A DNA stretch of 63,756 bases, filler included, from Choristocarpus tenellus KU-1152 (lineage: Eukaryota > Protista > Phaeophyceae), in NCBI GenBank assembly GCA_964200185.2. It is 10 parts of 10 records of this genome, joined end to end, with 100 filler letters (N's around TTAATTAATTAA, not from the genome) between each part and the next. Parts side by side here need not be neighbours in the genome. Positions count along the whole stretch, not along the records: positions 10,065 to 26,284 come from CAXNAD020000857.1; 9 more parts are not named here. One strand, 5' to 3'. The notes beneath the pieces were generated by a model that saw nothing but the letters and a program-made list of their open reading frames with translations, was not told the DNA's origin and did not search any database. Below are positions 11,735-26,270 of this stretch, piece after piece (the stretch's first letter is position 1; the number at the start of each line of letters is the position of its first letter). A program made the translations under genes and the position numbers.

Positions 11735-12529
11735 ATGAGCCTCACAGGTATGGAAGTGGACCCACGTAAGCTGCCACTATGGAGTGACCCACGTGGGCAT
11801 ACAAGGGAGAAGTGGGCCAAATGGCGGACGGCGCTGGTGAGCTATGCGGGCAAGAAGGGACTGTACCGCATCCTTCAACCGGCGTACCACATCCCTGCAT
11901 CTCCTACGGCTGATACATCGTTTGGGGTACGCAGCGCGTACGACGAGTACGTCAAGCATCACAAGGCCTTGTGGTTCCTACTGGGCCAGGCCACGAGGGG
12001 CACCACAGTGATGGCGGTCAGCACCCTCGAAAACAACTGCAGCCCCGATAGGAGGGCAGCCTGGCTCGAGTTAGAGCAGATCTATGGGGGGCGCACTGCG
12101 GTGCAGCGGCCCATGCAGCTCATAGCTCTCGAGATGAAGCCGTGCGACATGTACTGCTCGTCGGTGGAGGACGTTGCCGACTTCGTCATCCGTCTCGATC
12201 ACGTCTGGACAGTGTACGAGCAGCTGGAGGCGGCCAAGGAGGACGACGCTAAGAAGGAGACTCTGATCATCGGCATCAGGGACAGCATGCCACAGGTGTT
12301 TGCGCAGCTGTCCACAGCTCCAGACCTCACCTATGACCTAGTAAAAAAAAACATCATTTCCTCCTCTTCATACATAACGACGGATGTCACAGGGGAAAAG
12401 ACTAGGAGCTCGGGGGCTATGGCACTCCACACGGGTGCAGGGACACTGACAGGGAGATGGGGGTCCGGGAGCGGCCTCGGTACCAACCAATGTGCTTTCT
12501 GTCTCAAATTCAACACAGATGGAAAGAGT
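11735..12529 (+). pseudogene. Copia gag, second tandem unit, truncated at an inversion junction
   Basis: MSLTGMEVDPRKLPLWS...CAFCLKF. Its 3' part repeats 10065-10340, and the sequence flips strand at ~12529. Confidence 0.88.
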
Positions 12530-14057
12530 CTCATCGTTTCTCCAGGTGTACAGTCTCGTTTCTCCTGGTGCTTGATCATGAATGGAGAGGGAGAGACACT
12601 GTTGCTTATTGGCGTAGGCTAGCATTGACCGTTGCCTTGCTCTTCTTCCCCTTTTTTACATGAAAATGTGTCCGCAACATTAGGAAGGCTTCCTTCTCCT
12701 CCAAATGGATCTTGGCTGCCCCCTTGTTGGGCTGGATGTAGTTCCTGATCCCTGAGTCTACCAACTCAACTCCCTTGCGCCGCATGCTGCCTGTGCTGAG
12801 AAGCTTGCATGGCAGACCCGGTACCCAGAGCATATCCTGGAGCACAATCGTGGTCGGCATGCCTGTCTCGTCAATTGCCTCCAGGACCATCTTGCCGGTT
12901 GCTCGTGCATCCAGTGTACCTTTGTTTCCAAAGGTGCAGGTGCGGGTGACTGCTGTTGCTGCAATGAAGTCCTGCAGTGGGGGAGTGAGGTGTGCGTTGG
13001 CACCCGAGTCGCACAGGAGGCTGATGGTTTTAGATCTTGAGATGAGGACAGGAGTGCTGCCTCATCCATCCTGTTGTATACGTCCTCCCCTACAGACACG
13101 TTCATGGCCAGGAATGCCAGTGATGAGCCCTGGCGATCAGCCTTGCCGCCGCCTCCACCACCGCTGCTACGGTCCCTGGCTCGTGGTGGTGGAAAATTGC
13201 ACGCCGCCCCAAGTTCATGGGGGCGCTTAGCAGGAGGTTTACCGGCCAGGTATGAGTGGCACCCTTTCCCACCTGTTGTTAAATTTGAGACAGAAAACAC
13301 CTTGGTTGGTACCGAGGCCGCTCCCGGACCCCTGTCTCCCTGTCAGTGTCCCTGTACCCGTGTGGAGCGCCATAGCCCCCGAGCTCCTAGTCGTTTCCTC
13401 CATGACCTCCGTCGTCATGTATGAAGAGGAGATGAGGGCGTTTTTGAGTTGGTCGTAGGTGAAGTCTGGAGCTGTGGACAGCTGCGCAAACACCTGTGGC
13501 ATGCTGTCCTGATGCCGATGATCAGAGCATTTTCTTCGCATGGTCCTCCTTGGCCGCCTCCAGCTGCTCATACTCCGTCCAGACGTGATTGAGACGGATG
13601 ACGAAGTCGGCAGCGTCCTCCACCGATGAACAGTACATGTCCCGCAGCTTCATCTCGAGAGCTATGAGCTGCATGGGCCACTGAATCGCAACGCGCCACC
13701 TCGTAGATCTGCTCCAACTCGAGCCAGGCTGCCTTCCCGTCGGGGCTGCAGTTGTTTTCATGGGTGCTAACCACCATCGCTGCGGCCTCCGGCGTGGCCT
13801 GGCCCAGCAGGAACCACAAGGCCTTGAGATGCTTGACGTACTCCTCGTACACGCTGCGTTCCCCAAACGATGTATCAGCCATAGGAGGTGCAGAGATGTG
13901 GTACACCGGTTGGAGGATGCGGTACAGTCCCTTCTTGCCCGCATAGCTCACCAGTGCCATCCGCCATTCTGCCCACTTTTCCCTTGTATGCCCACATTCG
14001 CCACTCCATAGTGGCACCTTATGTGGGTCCGCTTCCATACAAGTGAGGCTCATAACC
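12530..14057 (-). mobile_element. Inverted Copia copy: PBS, gag, protease and start of pol (frameshifted)
   Basis: PBS GGTTATGAGCC at 14047-14057; gag homologous to 11735-12529; protease LLCDSGANAHLT at ~12980-13020; LQDMLWVPGLPCKLLSTG. Confidence 0.9.
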
Positions 14058-14460
14058 CGTGCAAAAAGGAGCTGTTCGAATAGAGTTTTTGCTTTATGTG
14101 GTATGGATGAATAATTTAGTAGCATAGTGAGCACCACGAAGTGAGCACCATCCCTCGAGGTGGGGGGGGGTTGCTCTGCCTCGCTATCTATTGTGCACGT
14201 CAGCGGACGCGTCAGAACATGTCTGTGTCGGTCGTACTACTTCACTCGTTCTGCGTCAGTCGTAACTACGTCAGTCGTCCTGTGTCAGTCACTTACATTA
14301 AACAAATAGAAACCAACCTGTCGAGATTCAAACCTATTACTCTGGACATACGGAAACAAGTGATTGAAAATTAAGCCACTCAGTCAACATTTTTGTTGTA
14401 TGCTACCGGCTGGTTATCAAACACAAAAGAAGCCTATAGACTACCAGCCTATATTGCACA
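14058..14460 (-). repeat. Copia 5' LTR (minus strand)
   Basis: Diverged reverse complement of 11349-11730; ends ...ATATTGCACA at 14460. Confidence 0.88.
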
Positions 14461-16949
14461 GAACGTCCTTACAAAGGATGTCAACATCCCCATCAACTGT
14501 GGCCCTCCTAGCCCAGCATCAAGAATCGATCTTTCTACCCTTGGTTGTGGAAGGAGTACCTAAAGTGCTCATGTCTTTACCTACCTGTGCATGCAATGGC
14601 AATAACAATGTAATTTTTTTTAGCTGAATTTATGGAAGCCAGATACGACTCATGAAGTAAGGTCAGCATAGTCTGACATAGAGAAACCTCCATGGCCAAG
14701 GTGACGACGCACATTAATTCTGCAAACAGGAAAAGCAGTAGAAACAGCAGCGGTGGGTGCACCATCAAATATTATAGCCTTGTTTGTAGAGTCTAAGGTC
14801 CCTCCTTTGTCGTAAATATTCTGAGTTTGCCCTTCACGACTCCAGGCACCTTGGGCTGGCCCCAAACAGCTCATCCCCCATCCACAAAGATCCAGAACTC
14901 ACTGTAGTGGGCTAGCAACAACCTCCATCCACCTAGTCCTATCATGTCTGAGTCTCTCAAATGTCACGTTTAGGCTCATTGCATATCGATATCCAACTGA
15001 TACTAATTTTTGGAAGAATCTTGTGGCATGTGACCATCATTATTGGTTGCCACGATGTGTGAATGAGAGGAGTAATTATTCATGACGGTGTAAGTAGGCT
15101 TCTAGTGAAGGAGAAAATATTAACCTGTATCATGAGTCAAACCTATGTTTCTGACAGTAATATAAATATTGACAGCATTGACAATTTTTTCGCTATGTTC
15201 TCATCACTTGGTTCTATTATACTTCCAAGTCCAAACAAGACTAAATTTAGGGTATGTTGTTCGCATACCCAAGTCATACAAAAAGTTTGGCCCTCCCATT
15301 GCTCATATTATTGATCTTTGTCTTTGCAAACGACAAGCAAACTCTTGTGCTCCATTACCTTTAGTTTAGCATCTCGTCCATAGGAACTCTCCATCAACTC
15401 TGCCTAGCAACTACTGATGAGGTTTTGTTGACTCTCAACTAGCTTATGGTACTCCTATCAAATAACGAGTACAGGGTAGACACCTTCACACCTTTTTCAA
15501 ACGCTTCTACATCACTATCACAAAGAAATTCTTGCCTAGTCGCATCAGAGACTCACCCTTGCAAGTTGCCTGTACAGAACGGTGCCTGTGATAAGGGGGA
15601 CATGGAATTTGTGGTAAATCACATCGGTATGGGTGTGCTAATGGAAGGGGTATATCCTCTTATACATACGGGCTACAAAATAGCACAACTGCTCCAATTG
15701 CCATGTTCACAGGAACTCAAAGTGTACTTCATACTGTCAACAACAAAAAGCTATGGGAGCTGTGACTCTTCTATGGGAGCTGTGACTCTTCTATCTAGCC
15801 TACATGATGCAAGGATCAGAAGTGACCATTGGTCCAAAGACTGGGCTGAATATCGACCTGGATAGCAGGAGAGCTTGACTGAAACTCGAAACCATGTATG
15901 GCAAACGTGCACAAGATAAGACTCCTGTGTTGTTCTCACTGAAAGAATAGTTCTCAAATTCGTCCAAAATTCCATAAAATTGACATAATTGGACTTTTGC
16001 AAACCTAAAAAAGTAGTAAATACTTGGAAGTATACTGTGCGTATATGTATGTATACTTTATTTGTGCCCACTGACATCAAGCAGAAAATGTTTTGGGGAA
16101 AAAAAATTGCAAGGCAGAGAATACCATCAACAAAAATAACTACAGATACTGTACAGCTTAAATCGAGCATAGGCTGCAGCAGCAGGAGGATGCAAGAAAA
16201 GTTGTGCCAGATTTCATTAGCTTGCGATAACACACTGGTTAGTGTAGGGGGTACTTTCTTGCTTGTTTATTCAGCAATTGGATATTTATACGATGATTGT
16301 CCAGTATTTAGCGAAAGGTTGATTACATTGTTTCTGAGATGTTTCCAAATACTTGGAAGAAATAATACACTAGTAGACGAGAGGACAGGGATGTCACATC
16401 TATTGAAAAACAATTCACAGTAATTCTGCCTAGGACTCTAACCTGGTGGGTCTTAAGATCTAGAAGTGGTTTGTGTGAGGGTCTCACTCAAACCAGAGAG
16501 GACAAACTGCAAACAATTGACACGTTCCAAAAATGTGTATAGTATCAGAGTTGTATATACAGTTTATGACTGAATCCTATCATATTCAGTTGGTGGCCCT
16601 TTAAAGTGACCCTGTACCAACCCACAACAGATTTTCACCCTTTGGGGAATCGACTTGGATTGTGAACTGAGACACACAATTTGGCTAACACTCTTACAAA
16701 GCTGTTTTTCGACGTCTGCTTATCCCCTCTAGACCTCCCCATATTTAGAATTAGGGGAAGGGGGTTTAATGCTTGAGAAAGTGGAGCCAGGTCCAACTGG
16801 AATATCTATGGATGAGTCCTGGCAACGTGGTTCTGGGGAAGTTATGCTAAGTCTGATGGTAGCAGGGAGCCCAAGGGAGTTGATATGGAGACAGAGGGAT
16901 TGGATGAAAGTTGGACATTCCCATCGGTGATAAGGATTTAATGTCACAT

Positions 16950-17831
16950 CATGGGAGTGAAAAATGTATCACTTCTAGTTATGGATCTCAAGGCATCATG
17001 TCTTCGGTGGTGTAGTGATGTTTGGGGGAGGATGTGTTGTTGACTGATGGTCTAGAAAGCAGAAAATGGTTGCACTATCTACTGCTGAGGCTCAGTATGT
17101 TGCATTGTGTAAGTTGGGCAATGAGGACATCTTCCTCAAGCAGATGCACGTGTTCATGCAACCACTTCATGAGGATTAATTACTCTGTATCGATGTTTGA
17201 CGAGAAAGATGGTGCAATTAAGATTGCTCAAAGGCAGTGCCTGCAGGGAGAATAAAGCACACTGACTTAAGGTAGCACTATGTATGCCAGTTGGAGAGGA
17301 AAGGAAAGATCACAATGGGACATTCATCTACAGAGTTCCAACATGCGGATCTTTTTACAATGGGTGTGTGAAAGGAACCATTCAATAGGCATTCCAGTGT
17401 TTTCATACATGCAATGAAGCGGGGATTGAGTTTTGCTTTGTGCTGAATATTAGTAAGTGTGATTGAGGTAGAAGTTCAAAGCAGAGGAGTGTGTAAATAA
17501 TATACTCATTATTCTTATGTGAAGTCGATTCTGTAAGAATCAATCAGATGATGGAAGAAAACATACTTGTGTTCTGAATAATAGGAGGAATGGGATAATG
17601 AGTTAGAATATTCAAGAGTTCAGGAATAGGAATGGGATAATGAGTTAGAATATTCAAGAGTTCAGGAATAGGAACATTAATCTGTGAGTATTGATTAGTA
17701 ATCCACACAACAGGATTGATTTGGTGGCAAGGAGCCCCTCTCCTTTTGGCTTGGTGGCTCACTCCTTTCTCCTCCTTTATCTACGACCTGTCCACCCCAG
17801 TAAGGAATTAATCAAGTCATTTACGTACACA
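16950..17831 (+). mobile_element. Old Copia RNase H relic from a different family, with a probable 3' LTR at 17490-17831
   Basis: KQKMVALSTAEAQYVALCKLG, RIKHTDLR, QHADLFT. Purine tract AGAGGAG, then TGTGTA...TACACA. The putative LTR holds a ~42-bp tandem duplication. Confidence 0.7.
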
Positions 17832-20800
17832 ACTTAACCCTAAGTGTTGGGAAACAGCAGTTCCTTTGACAAACACCTTTCAAATATGATGCCTTGCTGA
17901 GCAGTATGGAATATACTCACGGGTACATAGAGCAACCTACTAGTACAAACAACCGTTTTGGTGGCAAAGAGCGTGCGTGGTGTTCATTTGCTGTGATATT
18001 GTATTTTTTGTAACAGATTTCTGACACATCCTTCTGGTCCACATCGTATTATCACACCTACTTCTCTACAAATCACACAACATTCAAGACACACAGAAGG
18101 GCGTTGTGACAAACTAACATTACCCATTATTTCCTTGCATATCACCTGGTTTATTCTCTGCCTGTAGCATTGATCAATCATGATAGGGAGATGTTTAAAA
18201 GGTTGTATCAGAGAGGGATGTTTCTGTATATGTAGGTGTGCAATTGACAGATCTAGACAACGTTGAGAATATACTATTCTTGGTCAGCATAGACGAAGGT
18301 TTTTCAAGTGTAAAAATTGAAATTCAAATGCCCATGTTTGAATGCATGTGAGTACTTGGTTAGGATTTGCTCACACTTCCAAATGAGTTCAGGAGTATGT
18401 CAATTGACCAACCTACATATGTAACATTGTAGTACTATGGATGCAAAGGTAGTGCATGTGGTCTATGTCTGACAACACGATTTGACCACTGCATGTTAGA
18501 ACACACAGCCCAAGCAGCAAACATAAAAATATATTGATAGAAAGTGATGAGACATACTGAAATCTATAGCATGCTTCATTAACATCTTGTACAGAAAAAC
18601 CCAGTTCTGTAATAAGGATCGGTCTGGTCCAGGTTTGAGTCAGTCATCGAACATACACTGCACCTAGGTTCGGCTAGTGGACATGCAATGTGAGTGAAGA
18701 CGGCAGGTTATGCAATGCAAGCCTCAATAAAGTCTGCATGAAAAGTCACGATACAACTCAACGCAATATTATCTCCATACCAGTTAGCCACTGTAAAAAT
18801 TCTAATCACACCAAAGGGCAACCCAGTTCCTTGAAATATTTGGCGATCCTGGACCACCCCTGTTTGAAACCACTGCGGTGCCTGTATCCACTGATACTAC
18901 GTCCCAAGAGATGTGGTACCCCCACCCACAGTTTGTTGTGTGTTCAGACCAAGATTGTTGTTGGTTCTACTTATATGACTAGGTAGTCGTGATGGACTTT
19001 GTTATTTCTGCTTGGCATTCCCCCTGATTGGTCGTTTGGGAGCCGTTTTATTTTATGGTGCGTTGTTCTTGTATTATTATGAGCTGAGAGTCATTTCAAA
19101 TATTATTTTTACAGATGATTGACCCATTATAATGCATTTGATACATGGGATGGTCAGCGAGAGTATATCACTGTATCAGGTGATAGTTTTGTAGTATATA
19201 GTATGAAGAAGTTAACGCAGTAAAGCATACAGCATACAGCATACAGCATACATTTTGTCAAATATTCGTATACATATGGTGAGTAGTCTCGCGTATTTAG
19301 CATCTCTTTTAAGGCATATACTTTGATCAAGATTGTTGACCCTATCTCATATTTTATGCCCACCAACAGTTACATGGTTTTGCTTGGAGTGAATCTCAGC
19401 AGGCCACTTAGCCAAAATATGCATTTCAACCTCACGTCAGTGCCAATGACCATCCAATCATTAAGACTGGGAAGATTCCTTTCTTGGGTTCTCAACTACT
19501 CTACTAGAGAGGAAATACTTTGAATGCTCAACAAATATTACGTCACTCTCAACTTTCCCCCAGCAACTGTGCTACCAAAAAATATTAAGAAGATTCAAAT
19601 TTCGAATTTTATGGTGCAGAGTAAGAATTTAATGAAGGAAAGCAAATTTTCTCCATACCAAGGTCTCTGTTTTGGAAGATACAGACAATGACGTTTACAA
19701 TGGTTGTGTATCTCCAGTAGTATTGTCCCTTTCCAGCAAGTTGTAGATAATTTTATGAGGGCCATCCTGACAAAGCTTACAGTAGAGAAGCGTTCCTTAT
19801 GGCTCTGGACCAGTGGTGCCAACAAAAATATTCAAACCGGGACAGCATGCAGACCGCACTCTGGTAAGACTTGTTGAACGTGGTCCAGCCTTGTGAGGAA
19901 AATTGGAAAAGTACCAGTGTCCGGTTGCACTTACCCAAACTGATGAAAGACCCAGTGATATCAACCACTACACAACTTGTTTACTTTTTAGTCACTTGTA
20001 CATAACTGTTGCAGGCTTTGAAACTCCTTTATTCACAGGATACAGCTAGCAAGGTTTTTAGTGGGTGCAAGCTATGTGAAAAGAGGCTAGACGGAGTGTC
20101 AGTTGTCCCAGAGTCTCAGGTCTGGATCCACAGCCCGATTTACAGGTTTGTGTACCCAGATCTGCCCTGATCTATACTAACTCCAACCCTTGAACCTACA
20201 CTACTGTAGAAGCACCAGTCAAAACCACAACTTGAACTCTCAAACTTGCTCTGTATATGTTCTATCATGTATGGAGTATACCCCTCGAAGTATGTATATG
20301 TTATTAATTATGTAGTATGCCAGAGTGCAGAGTATCTACTTTGTAAAATTTTATTTCAAGTTGAGAAACTGGATAACAATGTGAGACCTTTTGGGGATAA
20401 CCTGAAGAATTTTGATGTCACTGGGTCAGATATATTCAAGTCATCTAGTATGTGAGTATAAAATTTTTCCACTGTTGTCTGAAAAAACTTCATTGATAGG
20501 AAAAATTACAGCTGTTGAGGTTCAAAGTGAAACACTACAGAATTGCACACGAGCAAAACGTTGTTTGGAACAGGTGATTGAGGATGACTCGCATATGAGA
20601 CTGGAGTAAGTAGTTGCCTAGCTTTCGACTGTGGCAGAGTCAAGCAAGCTCCATCCCCCCAATTTTTCAGTGCGAGAAATGGCAGAATGGAACAAACATC
20701 AGAACCATTCAACTATTTTCTGGATAAATTTCATTTCACGCAGTCTGTAGGTAGAATAGAATCACTTTACTGTTCCCTGCATGAATCTAACAGGTCCAAA

Positions 20801-21569
20801 CCCCATTGACATCAGATTATTATCATCGAGGCTTCAACTTTTGAATAGATGAGTATAATAATACACACTACTGGAGGACGTGTAAGGGAGATCGGGGGGG
20901 TATATGACGATAGCTACAGATATCCACCGCTTCACACCTAGCAATAATAAAAATGATCTTATCCCACCTATGAATACTAACAACATAAGCAATACTTGGA
21001 ATGTTCATGCACATTCCAATCAAGGTGGACATTATGGAATAAATTGCAACAGGGAATCATAACAGGATTTTAAGAAATATGTATTCAATTCAACTCACTT
21101 AGGAGGAATAATTTGCATCAGGTTAACCAGTGAACTATCTCAAATTGTGGTGAAACACATTGTGCCAGGTGGAACATGTGCTAACATCAAGGGAGTATGT
21201 TCTCATGTAAATGGTCAGTCTCTAAGGATGTTGAATAGTGCACTGGGATTGCTAACCATTGGCAAGTCATCAAAGTTTTGAGTCCTACTTTTGGACAGCC
21301 TAGCATAACCATGCTTTCTCTATCTCTAATAGCCATGTAGACACCAAACATTAAATACCCACCTGCGAGTACTCAACCTCACAAAGCAAACTCCTGGAAT
21401 AGGGTGGTAGATGCTGATCAAGGTCAAGCATCTTTGTAGGCAAGCATGTACTTGGGAAAAATACTTCAAATGACCATGGTAAGGCAGAATAGCAGTCAGG
21501 ACGTTATGTGATCTGAGCTTTTTAATATTCAACCTTCTACTTGTTGGTCTAATTTCAACGCAGTCAATT

Positions 21570-21615
21570 TCATGTCTTGTGATCTCATGTCTTGTGATCT
21601 CATGTCTTGTGATCT
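21570..21615 (+). repeat. 15-bp tandem repeat x3
   Basis: tcatgtcttgtgatc. Confidence 0.85.
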
Positions 21616-24600
21616 GTTGCGCCTGATGATCACACTGTCCCCTGCCTCACTGTGTTCTCCAGTATGCATGGAGTAAATGTTCATTACTCTCTCTATCTCT
21701 CTCTCTCACACACACACACTCTTTACCGAGGTTCACTATAAATATAATACCTAGTCCAAGCATTGTATGGAGACCACATTCTTCACCTTCAATGACCACA
21801 TCATTCATCAACAAAATCATAGATGATATCTCTATGGACAGTTTTGTCAACCAGACATGTCCAAGTATACAAGCAACACATACACTTCTTTCTGTCTCTA
21901 ACACTCTGCAGACAATTGATTGAATGCAGGACTCCACAATCATGGTACTGAGAACCTGTCACAAGAGTTTACTAGCCACCCTGAGGATAGTTAAGATTGA
22001 TTGAACTTCTACAACTATGAAGCGAATATTGCAAGACCTCACTAATGACTGTCGTGACAAAAAAATAAGAGTATAATAGCAACAGCAAAAGAAGTCATAC
22101 GCACTACAGCAAAAGAGTGGTTGTCCCCTGTACCCATTTCCTCACTCTAAGCTTGTTCACATTCAAATCAGCTATCCTGACTTCTGTGGTGTCACTGACT
22201 CCCTGATTGTTAGCCCAAGCGTCTGAGGTATATACAGGTGGGAAGGGCAGGGGACATCAACAGAAAGGTAAAGGAGATTTATCAAATGTAGAATTTTCAC
22301 GTGAAGCAACAAAAAAGCACAACAGGTTGAAAGAAAATCCAAGACTTTAGAGTGAGCCATACACCTCTCATGGTGTTTATGCTCAGCTCTATGAAGTTTT
22401 CCACAGTATTGCAAGGAACTGCAAATACACTAATGTTGTGTTGAGGGCCATTTGGCATGCCATACCAATTCAATAATCTGGTGGGCAGGCAGATGTTACA
22501 CACTGAGTATAGAGGAAATTTGAGATATTCAGACTGTTTCAGAAAGTTCACAAGTGTGCACCTTGGGGGGTAACATAGCCAACTTCCATTATGACTATCA
22601 TACATACACAAATGTTATAGTATATGCTTTGTACGTTTACAGAAGAAAAAAAAAAGCACCTAGGCAATGTGTTTCCTGTTGGTGCTACACAAAAACATCA
22701 ATGCAACGCATTTATATAGGAACATAAACCATGAAAGATTTTCTTGTGTACAAATTGTGCAGTACACAAATATGTGTTGGATAAAAGCCTGCATCAAAAT
22801 ACACATAAATTGTCAAGAGTGGAAAAATTGAAAAAAAACATAACTTCAAATACTTCTTATTGACCTGCAGAGCATGATTTCTCTTGCAAAAGGATCAAAC
22901 TCGTAGGCTAGTTCAAGAAAACAGGTGCAACTGTATGGAACAGCCCTCTCTAAACTTGTTTTCCTAACAGCTTCTCAAAGATTGAACTATTATTTCTTCA
23001 ATATATACATAAGCAAAATATGTTTGATTGGTCCATGGAATCTCTCCACACAAGGATTGTGGGAAATTTGGAGGCTTATATAGTATAGTAGAGTGCATTG
23101 TAATCCTCTTGTAGATCTGTTCCAACTGATCAGGGTATTCTCTTGTCCCTAGTGAAACTCAGGATATTTCTCAACTGTGGGACTAGTGGGACTCTAGCAT
23201 TATTGCACACAATCCATACATTGAGGAGTATTCTGGTTGTAATAATGGGATACCTCTACAATATGTGTAGAATAGGATCCTTAAAAATAGCTTCACATAA
23301 AAACTAGACTATTCAGGACATAAGTAATTGATTTCTTCTTAACCAAGCATTTCAAATTTCATACCTCGTAGGCTATTTCAACAGGGGTTGCCCACATGCC
23401 GTTCATCTTCATCTCTGCCTTCTTAAGTCGGAGTGCCTTCAGTATATCATCCCTCTTGATGCCTTGTGGAAGGTTTCCTCGTATCCTAATGAAATTCTGA
23501 GTGGAAAAACAAAATCCAAACAACAAATAAGAAAATTAAATCTGGGGACTACTGCTTGAGTGAAATTGTGCATATAAAATATTAGTACGACTACATAGGT
23601 TTGAAATAACCTTCTACTCTCCAAAAAGCTTCACTCACTGGGTTTGATACCCAAACACCATACCACATGGACAAAGAAGGTTCTGGCAAAATTCAGACAG
23701 AGCCCAGTTTTTAGACGCTGCTACATGGTATACCCTGCAACAACATGTAGGATGTATCTCCCTTCCACACAAAAATCAGAAGGAATAAGAAACACCCCTT
23801 AACAATGTTGCGCAAGCTCTTCAGAAACTAGGCTTCAAACAAAGTTAATTATGATGAGAAAGATCTACCTTCATTCTTGAAAAAAAAAATCAGATATTAC
23901 TACTTGAAGTAAGTGGGTAACCAAACAATCCAAGGATTATCAAAATCTGCAATTCCAAGAGACTTGAGATACCCCTCAGCAAAACATCAATTTCAATGCC
24001 AAACGACAACACATTGGCACATGTTGAACATTGGCACATGTTGAACAATATTGACTGGAGCTGACATTGAGAAGTCTTCATTGCTAGAGTCTTACAAGGA
24101 CGATCCACAACAACCCAAAATTGGAACAATACTACTATAGTAGCCCTAACAAGCAACATCCAACACCACAGTACATTCCAGTTACTCTAATGATATCTTT
24201 GGCTAAATTTCTTTTCAAAACAGTTGCCAACATCCCTAACAAGTTCTTCTTTACTCACCGTCATGCCATTGAGGTTATTGATGGCAACATCATCTGTGTC
24301 AGCTGCAACAAAGTCCTGGAGAAATGAGCAAAATTGTCAGATTGAAGTGTCTTGGAAATTCTGTGAGGTGCAGATTTGAAAACCATACCTCTTGATGTGC
24401 ATGATTACAGGTCTAGGTAAAAATGCAGAGTAAAAAGTGAGAAAAGCTAGTGTCTTGATATTTTCCTGGCATATTTAAGTGGAATATAGCTATGTGTCCA
24501 TGGTGCATCCACAAGCAACTGATGCAATGCTGAAATTAAATTATTCTGGACCACATTTACCTCCACAATTGGTACCAACGCAATGTGATTCCCTACGGTA

Positions 24601-25396
24601 TCACTGGTAAAAAAAAACTCTCCAAAATGTGCAGATTTTGGTACCACAAGTGAACTTAAACATCCCTTTCTAGCCAGTATGGGGCATATCATACAGATAA
24701 AATATCTACACCAACTCCCATTCTGCCTCAATTTCCACTCCAAACATTCACCTATAGGATGTTTATGAAGGTTCTATATCCTGGCAAACTGTGAAGTGAG
24801 AACAACAACAATAGGGGCAATTACCCATCCTTGTACCATACTTAATCATCACTCTTAAAAATCCAATTATAAACTCATTCATTTGATGTTCAACATATCA
24901 ACAAAACAGATCCACATGCACAACCAAGCCAAGGGACGGTCAAGGAAGTAGAGTGAACCTGACATACATTTTGGAAGTGACAATGTTAGGGTATGTATAA
25001 GAGGATACAAGTATGATCAATTTGAAAGCAGACAGGTAGGGGTAACAGCAGAAAGGGATGCAGAGAGAAAAGATAGGCATACAAAATGGTAGTAACTGGT
25101 TAAAACCAACCATTGATCACACCCCAGAATAACTGCGAAAATGATCTGCAGGTAATTGATCATGTACATGTACTACACTACTCTACTATATACATCATCG
25201 GGTAATAGCAAAAGTATTCTCGGTGAGACAAAATTGTTCTCCCCTTTGATTCACAAGGTGGTATCAATAGTATACCAGTATGTACATATATGGCAAGTCC
25301 CAATGGCACAAGACTGTCTCTTGACAAAATTAACTTTCACACATCAACTTATCGTATCACACACCATGACTTAGCAATACTCAACTTTCACTCGGT

Positions 25397-25510
25397 CACA
25401 CATCAATCAACACATCAGTCAACACACCAATCAACACATCAATCAACACATCAATCAACACATCAATCAACACATCAGTCAACACATCAATCAACACATC
25501 AGTCAACACA
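25397..25510 (+). repeat. 12-bp minisatellite, ~9 copies
   Basis: acacatca(a/g)tca. Confidence 0.92.
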
Positions 25511-26222
25511 GTGTGTGATTTCATCACAGGTGCTGCAGCTGCTGCAGAACCATCTTCTCATCAACTTGAAGATATATATGGGACTTACACCAGTGCCATG
25601 TATATATCTGGACATTTCAAAGACTGTGAATTCAAACATGTGTCACTTTCTTGACTCCCTACATTAGAAGGATGAAGTGCTTGATGGGCTCACTAGGACA
25701 CAGAGATTTAGATAACCAATTGGGGACTAGCCGCAGACTTGAGGGGTGATGGCTCACAAGTGAAGTCAGTATACACTTCCCATCTCTGATTTTGACATGC
25801 TATTGTGATACCATTGGATGTATCAATCAGGCAAAGTTTCGTACTAAACTTACATCAGTTATAACTTACATCAGTCATATAGTGGTATCTCAGTATCTTG
25901 TCACTTGGGAATCAGTCACAAGCACAGCTGAACCTCAGAAATAAACTTGCTCTAATAAACGAACCCAAATGGATAATAAGCTCACAAGCAGGCATCTTAA
26001 AGTAAGGTGCTTACGTGTAGATAAGCCCAAACTCCCACATGTTCAACAGAACATTGAGATAATTTGTCCTTTTTTCATATCTAGTAGAGTTATCCTGGAT
26101 TTCGTTGTGGGTGCCCAAAGTGTGTTGGTCTCTCCCCATAAGCTAACTAAATCTGTTGGTTCATTTGACAGAACAGCACAAAGTCAAGATAGGCACATCT
26201 CCATGCATGCACTCCTGATACT

Positions 26223-26270
26223 GGGTCAAAGTATCAGGGGGGGGGGGGGGGGTCGGCGTCCGTTTTTCCC
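26223..26270 (+). mobile_element. MITE family C terminus at a contig end; also 36941-36990 (+) and 40784-40826 (-)
   Basis: GGGTCAAAGTATC(T/A)G(G)n GTCGGCGTCCGTTTTT. Same AAAGTATC core as families A and B. Confidence 0.75.

Noticed and set aside
14470-25100. Many 60-160 aa ORFs in AT-rich sequence
   Set aside because: No recognisable motifs apart from the Copia relic at ~17 kb; likely old TE debris.
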